From: Candidatus Oxydemutator sp.
GTDB taxonomy: Bacteria; Pseudomonadota; Gammaproteobacteria; Poriferisulfidales; Oxydemutatoraceae
Reading direction: 5' to 3'
Assembly: GCA_965203445.1 (NCBI GenBank)
Contig: OZ241883.1
Span: forward strand, 1,824,001 to 1,888,000
DNA: 64,000 nucleotides
A model generated the notes under the pieces. It ran no database searches, was not told the DNA's origin, and was given only the letters and a program-made list of their open reading frames with translations. Below are positions 41,218-49,478 of this stretch, one piece after another. Positions within the stretch are counted from its first letter, which is position 1. Each line of letters starts with the position of its first letter. Both the position numbers and the translations under genes were made by a program.

Positions 41218-42741
41218 ATGGGAAGCCCCGTTGCAGAAAAAGTCGCGGCCGCGGCGGCCGCGAGCGCCACTAGAAAAAAGATCGTCGGGTTCCTGGCGGC
41301 CGTTGTTTTTGTCGTCGTCGCGGTCGTCGCCGCGGCCTACTTTATCTGGTCGCCGCCCGAGACCCGCGTTGCGACGCCCGCGCACGTCGTCGGCGGCGCG
41401 GACACGGGCGCCGGCGAGGGTGCGGGCGCCGGCGGGGGTGTGGGCGCCGGCGGGGGTGCGGGCGCCGACGGGGGTGCGAGCGCCGGCGGAGTCGGCGCCG
41501 ACGAAGATGCCGACGCGCTGAGGCGGGAGTTCAAAAGGCTGCTCAAATCGTTTCAGTCGGAGCTGGAGCCGGCCTTGCGGCGGGTATCCGTCGCCGCGTG
41601 GGACGCCGCCGCCCACGACGATATATTTTCGCGCAAAGAAAAAGCGTTGCGCGCCTTTGGCGCGGGCAATTATTCGTCCGCCGTCCACCTGCTGCAAGGC
41701 GCCTCGGAGGTCGCCGCCGAGATCCTGCGCTTGGCCGAGCGGAGTTTTCGTTCGAGCATCGAGGCCGCGGCACGCGCCCTGCATGCGAACGACGTCGCCG
41801 TCGCGCGCGCGAGCATAGCGCGGGCGTTGTTGATAAAGCCGGACGCGGCGGAGGCTTTGGCCCTGCGGGCGCGCATAGCGGTTCTGCCCGAAGTATTGCG
41901 GCTGCTGGAAGCGGCCGATGCGGCGCGTATCGAGAACGATGACGCGCTGCATCGGGCGCGGCTTCAGGAAATCGTGCGCCTGGACGCGGCGCGCGAGGAC
42001 CTCAAGGAGCGGCTGCGCGTATTGTCCGAGAGGATGATCGAGCGCGAGTTCACGGGCTACGTCGCCGCCGGCGTGGACGCCGTCGCCAAACGCGACCTGG
42101 CGGCCGCGACGCGGTCTTTGCGGCGCGCGCAGGAGATCCATCCGGCGCGCGAGGAAGTCGCGTTGTTGGAGCGCGACGTGCGGCGACTTGCGCGCCGGGT
42201 CGCGCTCCAAGAGCATCTGCGCGCGGCCGCCGCGGCCGTGGCCGACGACGACTGGGCGCGGGCGCATCGGCGTTTCCGCGAAGCGGTCGCGGTCGACGCC
42301 ACCGCGGACGCGGTCGACGGCGAGAAACTTGCCGCGCGCGTCATCGCCGCGCACGAGGAGATCGCCTCCTATCTGGCGCGCCCGCGCCGGCTGTCCTCGC
42401 CAAACGTCGCGGCCGTGGCCGAGACCGCGCTGCGCGCGACCCGCGATCTGCATCGGGCAAGCCCGTCGCTGGCGCGCCAAGCCGGTATGCTTGAACGGTT
42501 GGTCGCCGATTACGCCACGCCGGTGCCGGTGCTCGTGCGCTCCGACAACCGCACCGAAATCCTCGTGCGCGGCGTCGGCAGAATCGGCAAGATCGGCGAG
42601 AAAGTCGTCGACCTGAGGCCGGGCGCCTACACTTTCGAGGGCAAGCGCCAGGGCTACAGGTCGAAGCTGATCCGCATCGAGGTGGCGCCTCGCCAGCGGC
42701 CGCCGGAAGTGACGCTGATTTGCGATGAGCGCCTGCGATGA
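41218..42741 (+). CDS. Single-pass membrane protein with a TPR-like helical body and a PEGA-like C-terminal domain
   Basis: N-terminal TM, GAGGGA linker, helical repeats, VRSDNRT...LRPGAYTFEGKRQGYR. Confidence 0.7.
   Translation: MGSPVAEKVAAAAAASATRKKIVGFLAAVVFVVVAVVAAAYFIWSPPETRVATPAHVVGGADTGAGEGAGAGGGVGAGGGAGADGGASAGGVGADEDADALRREFKRLLKSFQSELEPALRRVSVAAWDAAAHDDIFSRKEKALRAFGAGNYSSAVHLLQGASEVAAEILRLAERSFRSSIEAAARALHANDVAVARASIARALLIKPDAAEALALRARIAVLPEVLRLLEAADAARIENDDALHRARLQEIVRLDAAREDLKERLRVLSERMIEREFTGYVAAGVDAVAKRDLAAATRSLRRAQEIHPAREEVALLERDVRRLARRVALQEHLRAAAAAVADDDWARAHRRFREAVAVDATADAVDGEKLAARVIAAHEEIASYLARPRRLSSPNVAAVAETALRATRDLHRASPSLARQAGMLERLVADYATPVPVLVRSDNRTEILVRGVGRIGKIGEKVVDLRPGAYTFEGKRQGYRSKLIRIEVAPRQRPPEVTLICDERLR
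41407..41490 (+). repeat. 18-bp coding tandem repeat (GAGGGA-type, about 4.7 copies)
   Basis: ggcgccggcgggggtgcg units. Confidence 0.9.
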
Positions 42742-44762
42742 ACACATTTGACGCGCGCTTGCGCTCGGCGCGCGCGCGCCAGCGTCGCGTGTTTGCGTTC
42801 GTCGTTCTCGGCGCGGTCGCGGCCGTGGTTCTGGTGGTGGCGTTCTGGGCTTCGACCCAGGGCGTATCGCTGATCGTAACACCGCGCGCGGCCGCCGATA
42901 CACTCGAGTTGCGAACCCTGCAGGGGTTCGGGTTCACCGCCGCGACCAGCGTCTACGCCTTCGGCGACGTGGTTGTCGAGGCGCGGGCACCGGGCTTTGT
43001 CACCGAGCGGATCGCGGTCGCATCGGGCAAGCAGAGCACGTTTCTTGAGGTCGCGATGCGCGAGGCGCCGGCATCGTTGCAGGTAACGACCGTGCCTGAG
43101 GCCGACGACACCGGTTGGTTTTTGAACGGCGCGCCGGTCGCGACGTCGCGCAGCCTGTCGTTGGAGACCGCGGCCGGCACGCATACCATAGTCATTAACC
43201 ATCTTTATTATCAGAAAGCCGCGCTTGAGGTTTTCGTCGGTCGCGGCCAACGCTTTCGCCGGGAAGTGCGGTTGGCGCCGTTGCGCGGCGAGATCCGAAT
43301 CCGCACGACGCCGCCGGGTGCAATGGTCTCGATGGACGGTGCGATCCGCGGCGCCGCTCCCGGCGTCTATCCGACGGCCGGCGGGCGCCGCACCGTTCGC
43401 GTCACCCATCCGGGTTATGAGGAGGTGCGCGACACCATAAATATCACCAACGCGGCCGCCGTCGTCGTAAGAAACTACCGGTTGCGGCCGCAGGGCGCGT
43501 TCGTGCGTTTTCGGTTGCACCCGCCGGGCGGGCGGCTGACGTTGGACGGCAAGCGCGTGGACGCCGCCGGGCGCGTGCGGGTGGACTCGATGCGCGAACA
43601 CGTGGCGTCTTATTTCAAGCCGGGCTGGCTGGCGCAAACCGAGACCTTCACGCTGCCGCCGTCGGGCGAGCGCGAAGTGCATCTTTCGCTGCGCGAGGAA
43701 ATCGGCGTCGTCGAGGTCGTGTCGAGACCGCCGGCCACGGTGTCGGTCAACGGCGAGAGCGCCGGCGTCACGCCGCTGACCCTGCGCTTGCGCGCCGTCA
43801 TGCACGAGATCACCGTCGCCAGAGAGGGCTACCGCAGTGTTACGCGCAAGTTGACCCCCGCCTCCGGCGCCGCCAGGAAGGTGGACGTGACGCTCGTCGA
43901 GGAGGCGTCGGCGAGATTGGCGGAAAGTCCCGCCGTGTACAAGAACAGCATCGGCATGACGCTGCGTTTATTCCGGCGCCCGGGAGTCTTCGAGATGGGG
44001 GCGCCGCGTCATGAACGAGGCCAGCGCGCCAACGAGTTCCGAAGAAAGGTGCGGCTTGAAAAGGCGTTTTACGCGGCGACGCACGAGACGACCGCGGCGC
44101 AATACGCACGATACAAGGGCGGCGGCGGCGCGCCGTCGGGGTCGCCGGGCGTGCCCGCGACCGGCGTCACGTGGCTTCAGGCGGCGGCTTTTTGCAACTG
44201 GTTGAGCGCCCGGGAGGGACTGCGGCCTTTTTATCGGTTGCAGCACGGCCGTTATCTCGGCGCCGACGTGCGCGCCGACGGCTACCGTCTGCTCACCGAG
44301 GCCGAGTGGGAATGGCTCGCGCGCAAGGCCGGGCGCGCACGCCAGACCCGCTTTACCTGGGGCGACGCCGACGCGGTGCCGGCGGCGGCGGGCAATCTGG
44401 CGGATCGCTCGGCCAAGGGGAAGCTCCAGTCCTACATTCCAAACTATAGCGACGGCTACGACGGCCTCGCGCCGGTGGCGAGCTTCGCCGCCGATCGGTC
44501 GGGACTGTACGACCTGTCGGGGAACGTCAGCGAGTGGGTACACGACGTATATTCGTTGGCACCGCCCGCGCCCGGCGTCGAAGTGGATCCGGTCGGCCGC
44601 GCCGTCGGCCAGGCCCACGTGTTCAAGGGCTCCAACTGGCGTTCCGCCACGATTACCGAGTTGCGGGCGTCTTTTCGGGAGACCGCCGCCGCCGGACGCG
44701 ACGATTTGGGTTTTCGTGTGGCAAGATATTTGTACGGAGGAGAAAACACCGATGATCAATAA
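42738..44762 (+). CDS. Membrane-anchored multi-PEGA + FGE-sulfatase (SUMF1/PvdO) domain protein
   Basis: TM, several TxPxGA.V..DG PEGA repeats, then FEMG, HETT, VTWLQAAAFCNWLS, YRLLTEAEWEW, GLYDLSGNVSEW, LGFRVAR. Confidence 0.88.
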   Translation: MNTFDARLRSARARQRRVFAFVVLGAVAAVVLVVAFWASTQGVSLIVTPRAAADTLELRTLQGFGFTAATSVYAFGDVVVEARAPGFVTERIAVASGKQSTFLEVAMREAPASLQVTTVPEADDTGWFLNGAPVATSRSLSLETAAGTHTIVINHLYYQKAALEVFVGRGQRFRREVRLAPLRGEIRIRTTPPGAMVSMDGAIRGAAPGVYPTAGGRRTVRVTHPGYEEVRDTINITNAAAVVVRNYRLRPQGAFVRFRLHPPGGRLTLDGKRVDAAGRVRVDSMREHVASYFKPGWLAQTETFTLPPSGEREVHLSLREEIGVVEVVSRPPATVSVNGESAGVTPLTLRLRAVMHEITVAREGYRSVTRKLTPASGAARKVDVTLVEEASARLAESPAVYKNSIGMTLRLFRRPGVFEMGAPRHERGQRANEFRRKVRLEKAFYAATHETTAAQYARYKGGGGAPSGSPGVPATGVTWLQAAAFCNWLSAREGLRPFYRLQHGRYLGADVRADGYRLLTEAEWEWLARKAGRARQTRFTWGDADAVPAAAGNLADRSAKGKLQSYIPNYSDGYDGLAPVASFAADRSGLYDLSGNVSEWVHDVYSLAPPAPGVEVDPVGRAVGQAHVFKGSNWRSATITELRASFRETAAAGRDDLGFRVARYLYGGENTDDQ

Positions 44763-44892
44763 CGGGATTTTTTACGCGGCGTTGGCGCTCATCGTGATCG
44801 TCGCGCTGGCTTATCTGGCGGGGGACATTGCCGCCCGCGGCGCGCCGACGGTGGGCTTGAACTCGCCGACCACGTTTCCGGTGGACATCTGA
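44752..44892 (+). CDS. 46-aa single-pass membrane peptide (absent from the ORF track)
   Basis: MINNGIFYAALALIVIVALAYLAGDIAARGAPTVGLNSPTTFPVDI. RBS GGAGGAG upstream; fills the gap exactly, overlapping the upstream stop and ending 1 nt before the MotA-like start. Confidence 0.7.
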   Translation: MINNGIFYAALALIVIVALAYLAGDIAARGAPTVGLNSPTTFPVDI

Positions 44893-44893
44893 C

Positions 44894-45661
44894 GTGCGCC
44901 TGGATCACCGCGGCATCTGGGTCAACGTGCTGATCCTGATCGCCGTGTTCGTCGTCGTGCATCTTGTGTACCTCGGGCTGATTCGCCCGCAGGCCGAGTT
45001 GGCGCTGGAAGCCGCGCGCCAGGCCGGACAGTCGGCGCCCCGGGATCTGTTCGTGATTTTGAAGGACCTGGAGCAGGAGATCTGCATCGTGCTGATGATT
45101 TACGGTCTCTATCTGATGTCGGTCAAGTACGCGAGCCTGGTGTCGCGGCGTTATCTGTTCACGGTGGATCTGCTGCAAGACGCCGGCGCCGACGAAGGTA
45201 GCCTGGGCAACGTGCTCGAGGAACTGGAGAAGCTGCCGCGACACGTCGGCGAGACGCCGCTGGTCGAGACCCTGAAGGCCAGCTTGCGGCGCTACCTGAT
45301 AACCCGCGACGTGCAGAATACCTCGGACGCGATCAGCGCCAGCGTCGAGGCGCAGGGGGTGCGTCTCGAGGCCGAAAATTCGACCATCCGCTACCTGATC
45401 TGGGCGATCCCCTCGATTGGTTTCATCGGCACCGTGCGCGGCATCGGACAGGCGTTGTCGCAGGCCGAGAAGGCCCTGGCCGGGGACATTGCGACGATGA
45501 CCGACAGCCTGGGCGTGGCCTTCAATTCGACCCTCGTGGCGCTGCTGATCAGCATTTTCCTGATGTTCTTCCTGCACCAGTTGCAACGCGCCCAGGACGG
45601 CTTGCTGGTCGAGACCCAGGCCTACTGCGAGAAGTTTCTGCTCAATCGCATCAGCAGCTAG
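44894..45661 (+). CDS. MotA/TolQ/ExbB proton channel protein
   Basis: WAIPSIGFIGTVRGIGQAL...LGVAFNSTLVALLIS. Confidence 0.9.
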   Translation: MRLDHRGIWVNVLILIAVFVVVHLVYLGLIRPQAELALEAARQAGQSAPRDLFVILKDLEQEICIVLMIYGLYLMSVKYASLVSRRYLFTVDLLQDAGADEGSLGNVLEELEKLPRHVGETPLVETLKASLRRYLITRDVQNTSDAISASVEAQGVRLEAENSTIRYLIWAIPSIGFIGTVRGIGQALSQAEKALAGDIATMTDSLGVAFNSTLVALLISIFLMFFLHQLQRAQDGLLVETQAYCEKFLLNRISS

Positions 45662-45669
45662 GTGCGGTC

Positions 45670-46731
45670 GTGCGCAGACGCCGAAAAACCGAGGGCTTCA
45701 ACCTCGCCTTTTTGGACATCATGTCCTGCGGCCTGGGTGCGGTCATACTTATTTTTCTGATAGTCAAGCACAACGTGGACAAGGGTTCGGTCGAGGCCGA
45801 CGTCACGTTGTCGGAACTGGCAGCGATGGAGCAACGGGAGCGGCAACTGCAAAAGGAGGTCGAGACCGCGAGGCGGGACAACGCCGAGGAGCGTAGGCGC
45901 GGCGCCGAACTGGCGAAAAAACTGCATGCGATACGCGCCGCGACGGCCGCGCTCGAGCGCCAGGCGGCGGCGCAGCAGCGCAGCAACGAGCACCTGCAAG
46001 ACGCGGTCGACGAGGCCGCGGCGCGGCGCGCCGCCGACGTGGTGGCGGATGAGGACGCGGGCGAAGAGGAGTATCTGATAGGGCTTGCGGTCGAGGGCGA
46101 GCGCGTCGCAATTTTGCTCGACCGCAGCGCCTCGATGACCGACGAGAAACTGGTGGACGTCATCGTGCGCAAGACGCGCGACGCCGCGCGCAAGCGCGCC
46201 GGCCCGAAGTGGCGCCGCGCCCAAAAGACCGTGCGTTGGTTGCTGAACCGCCTGCCGCGCCAAAGCCGCGTGTCGCTGATCGCGTTCAACGACAAGGCCG
46301 AGGTTTTCGGCGACGCCACGTGGAACGACGCCCGTGACGCGACCGCCGTCGGCTCGCTGTTCGCCGACGTCGCCAAACTGACGCCCACCGGCGCGACCAA
46401 CCTGCAAGCCGGGCTCGAGCGCTTGCGCAAGCTGCGCCCGCGCGCGACCGACGTTTATCTGATAACCGACGGCTTGCCGACCGAGGCCGTATCCAAACCC
46501 TCGCGCCTCGGCAAGTGCGGTTCCTTGTTCGGCAAGAGCAACAACGTCTCCGGCGCCTGCCGCGAGCTGCTGTTCCAGGAAACCCTGCGCGAGTCGGCGC
46601 CGAACGGCGGCGAGGAAGTCAACGTGATCTTGTTTCCATTGGAGGGGGATCCGGCGGCGGCCACCCATTTCTGGAAATGGGCCGCCGCCACTGGCGGTAT
46701 GGTGATGACGCCCGCGGCGGGGTGGCCGTGA
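45670..46731 (+). CDS. ExbD/MotB-like TM + coiled coil + vWA domain protein (1)
   Basis: RRRRK..FNLAFLDIMSCGLGAVILIFLI, coiled coil, MIDAS LLDRSASM...GATN...YLITDGLP. Confidence 0.85.
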   Translation: MRRRRKTEGFNLAFLDIMSCGLGAVILIFLIVKHNVDKGSVEADVTLSELAAMEQRERQLQKEVETARRDNAEERRRGAELAKKLHAIRAATAALERQAAAQQRSNEHLQDAVDEAAARRAADVVADEDAGEEEYLIGLAVEGERVAILLDRSASMTDEKLVDVIVRKTRDAARKRAGPKWRRAQKTVRWLLNRLPRQSRVSLIAFNDKAEVFGDATWNDARDATAVGSLFADVAKLTPTGATNLQAGLERLRKLRPRATDVYLITDGLPTEAVSKPSRLGKCGSLFGKSNNVSGACRELLFQETLRESAPNGGEEVNVILFPLEGDPAAATHFWKWAAATGGMVMTPAAGWP

Positions 46732-46741
46732 GGGGGCGGTC

Positions 46742-47683
46742 GTGAAGCGGCGCGAAAGGAGCGGCGATATTTTCAGCATGTCGCTGTTGGACGTCGTCTC
46801 GTGCGGTTTCGGCGCGATGATCCTGTTGTTGCTGATAACCAAATCGGGTTTCACCGAAGCCGACGTCAACGTTGACCTGAGCGCGTTGCTTGACCGCACT
46901 TTTCAAACCGAGGACAGTATTCGAAGGTTGTCCGAGGAACTCGACGGGTTGCGACGCGAACTTGCCGAGAACCGGCGCGCCAACCAGGACGCGCTCGCTA
47001 GGCAAGACGCGCGACGACGCGAACTCGAACGCAAACGAGCCGCGGGCGCAAGCCTCAGGCGCGAAGGCCAGGGTCTGGAGAACGTGCGGCGCACTTTGCA
47101 GCGCGCCTCGATCTCGCGCGCCACCACCGACGAACGCGATACCGAGGTCGGCGGCATACCGGTGGACAGCGACCACGTCATTTTCATCATAGATACCTCG
47201 GGCAGCATGCAAAGCATCTGGGACAAGGTCACGCGGACGATAGAGAATATCCTGGACGTCCATCCCCAGGTGCGCGGCTTTCAGATACTCAACGACAACG
47301 GTTTCTATCTGGTCGGCGGCTACCGCGGAAAATGGATAGCGGACACGCCGAAAAGAAGGAAAAGCATACTGAACGCGGTGCGTTCCTGGGGCGCGCTCTC
47401 GAACAGCAGCCCGGTCGAGGGCCTCGAGGTCGCACTCAAGACGTATGCCGGCAAGCGCGACAAAATATCCATCTACATATTCGGCGACGACTTCGCCGGT
47501 TCGTCCTACGATACGGTCATTCGCACCATAGAGAAGCTGAACACCGACAAGATCAGCGGTGCGCCGATTGTCCGGGTTCACGCGGTCGGCTTTTCCTCGG
47601 GCGGCGTCCCCGAGCGCTTCGGCATCCTGATGCGCGAGGTAACCGGAAAAAACAACGGCGTGTTCCTGGCGTTGCCGCCGTGA
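46742..47683 (+). CDS. ExbD/MotB-like TM + coiled coil + vWA domain protein (2)
   Basis: KRRER..FSMSLLDVVSCGFGAMILLLLI, coiled coil, MIDAS FIIDTSGSM...SNSSP..G...YIFGDDF...VHAVGF. Confidence 0.85.
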   Translation: MKRRERSGDIFSMSLLDVVSCGFGAMILLLLITKSGFTEADVNVDLSALLDRTFQTEDSIRRLSEELDGLRRELAENRRANQDALARQDARRRELERKRAAGASLRREGQGLENVRRTLQRASISRATTDERDTEVGGIPVDSDHVIFIIDTSGSMQSIWDKVTRTIENILDVHPQVRGFQILNDNGFYLVGGYRGKWIADTPKRRKSILNAVRSWGALSNSSPVEGLEVALKTYAGKRDKISIYIFGDDFAGSSYDTVIRTIEKLNTDKISGAPIVRVHAVGFSSGGVPERFGILMREVTGKNNGVFLALPP

Positions 47684-47711
47684 GCGGCGCCTCGCGTTCG
47701 CCGGTCGCGTT

Positions 47712-48905
47712 TTACAGCGCGAAGCCGAGATTGAATATCGGCAGGTACATCGTCGCCACGATCCAGCCGACGGTGCCGGCTATCAGCAGAATCAGCAGGG
47801 GTTCGGTCAGCTGGATCACGCGCTCGGATGTAGCGGCGATGCGCTCGTCGTAGAACTCGGCGATCTGGCGCAGCGCCTCGTCGAGGCGTCCGCTGTTTTC
47901 GCCGATGCGTATCACGCGCCGAAAGAAACGGTCGAAAAAGCCGGCGCTGCGTACCGCCTCGGAGAATCCCGCGCCTTCCTCCAGGCGTGCCGAGACGCGC
48001 TCCAGCGCCTTGCTGAAAACCGGATCGGAGGTCGCGTCGCCCAGCCACTCGACGGCGGTGGCGAGGGGCACGCCGGCGTCGTAGGCCGGCGCGACGACGG
48101 TTGCGAAGAGGCGGCACAGATACGCTTTTTTCAAGGTTCCCGCGAACGGCAGCCACAACGTCGCGTACGCCAGCGCGTAGCGAAACCAGCGCGCGTTGCG
48201 ACGTAGCAACGCGAGACCCGCGCACAGCAGGGCGAGCAGCGCGCCGGCGTCGGCGCCGTGTTCGGAAAGAAGCGAGAACAAGCGCAGGGTCAGCTTCGTC
48301 GAGGCCGGCAGCTCGCCGCCGAAATCGGCGTAGAACGATTCGAATTGCGGCATCATTGTAAGCAGCAGCAGCGCCACGACGGCGCCCGACGCGACCAGCA
48401 CCGTGACCGGGTAGGTCGCGGCCCGTTTCAGCTTCTTATGGATCTTTTCATGTTTTTCCCGTTGCGACGCCAGTTCGAGTGCCAGTTCCGCGAGGCGCCC
48501 GCTGTCCTCGCCGGCTTGCAGGATGCGGAAGACGTAGCGGTGGCGCGGGTGCAGGTACGGTGCGATACTCCGCGCAAGGCCGCCGCCGGCCTCGACGTCC
48601 TGCCAGATCAGCGTCAGCGTCCGTTGCAGGCGCGGTTGCGCCTGGCGGCGCAGCAGGTCGAAGACGTCGCCCACGGGCAGCGTCGCGCGCAACAACGTCG
48701 CAAGTTGCCGCAACAGCGCCGTGACGTCGCGCCCGCCGAGGCGCCGCACGCGCCCGCCGGCTGAGATTTTTATCGGGATAACGTCTTGCGTTGCAAGGAA
48801 TTGCCTGAGTTCGTCCTTGTCGCGCGCGGCGCGCACTCCGCTTATGATCTCGCCCGAGGGCACGAGACCGCGCCACCGGAAGCATTTTTTGGCGTCCTCG
48901 GCCAA
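47712..48905 (-). CDS. pilC: Type IV pilus platform protein (T2SS-F family)
   Basis: RQLATLL, GEDSGRL, YPVTVL, GGELPAST, IGENSGRLD, EPLLI, MYLPIF. Confidence 0.88.
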   Translation of the reverse strand: MAEDAKKCFRWRGLVPSGEIISGVRAARDKDELRQFLATQDVIPIKISAGGRVRRLGGRDVTALLRQLATLLRATLPVGDVFDLLRRQAQPRLQRTLTLIWQDVEAGGGLARSIAPYLHPRHRYVFRILQAGEDSGRLAELALELASQREKHEKIHKKLKRAATYPVTVLVASGAVVALLLLTMMPQFESFYADFGGELPASTKLTLRLFSLLSEHGADAGALLALLCAGLALLRRNARWFRYALAYATLWLPFAGTLKKAYLCRLFATVVAPAYDAGVPLATAVEWLGDATSDPVFSKALERVSARLEEGAGFSEAVRSAGFFDRFFRRVIRIGENSGRLDEALRQIAEFYDERIAATSERVIQLTEPLLILLIAGTVGWIVATMYLPIFNLGFAL

Positions 48906-48908
48906 GGT

Positions 48909-49382
48909 TCAACGGCATTGCGCCGGCAGGTATTTCGAGTCGAGACGCTTGTCCTTGTCGTCGTCCGTGCCGCACTCCCATTTGAGAACGTCGGTGGCCG
49001 GGGCCGCTTTCAGCAGCAGCACCTTGCCGCCGGCCTCGCCGCCGATGGCCTGGTCGAGGGTGATCTTGAGGTTGCCGGCCGCGGCCGTTTTCTTTTGTTT
49101 GTTCGCCGCGATCCTTTCGTATTCGATGCCGGACACGTAGTCGCTGGTCACACTCGTGTCTATGCCGGCCTTGTCGGCGGTCTCCGGCAGCTGCCCCTCG
49201 CTGACGTAATATTCGCCGATCATGATTTTTATCGAGCTCGCCAGGTTCAGGGCCTCGGCGATTTTGGCGCGCACGGTATAATCCTGGTACGCCGGCAGCG
49301 CCAGCGACAGCAGGATGCCGACGATGGCGATGGCGATCATCAGCTCGATCAACGTGAAGCCCTTGAGACCGTTGTTTTTCAT
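48909..49382 (-). CDS. pilA: Type IVa major pilin
   Basis: KG|FTLIELMIAIAIVGIL..LALPAYQDYTVRAK, C-terminal WEC...KYLPAQCR disulfide loop. Confidence 0.93.
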   Translation of the reverse strand: MKNNGLKGFTLIELMIAIAIVGILLSLALPAYQDYTVRAKIAEALNLASSIKIMIGEYYVSEGQLPETADKAGIDTSVTSDYVSGIEYERIAANKQKKTAAAGNLKITLDQAIGGEAGGKVLLLKAAPATDVLKWECGTDDDKDKRLDSKYLPAQCR

Positions 49383-49478
49383 AATCGTTCCTCCCGCGTG
49401 GATAGTCGCCGGCAGGGTAGGCGCGCCCGCGCCCGCGTCGCGCCCGCGCGCCGACGAACGGCGTCAATTCGCCGATGA

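Noticed and set aside
44894-47683. Zorya anti-phage system or flagellar MotAB
   Set aside because: No long ZorA tail, no OmpA-like domain in the partners, and no zorC/D/E or flagellar genes nearby.
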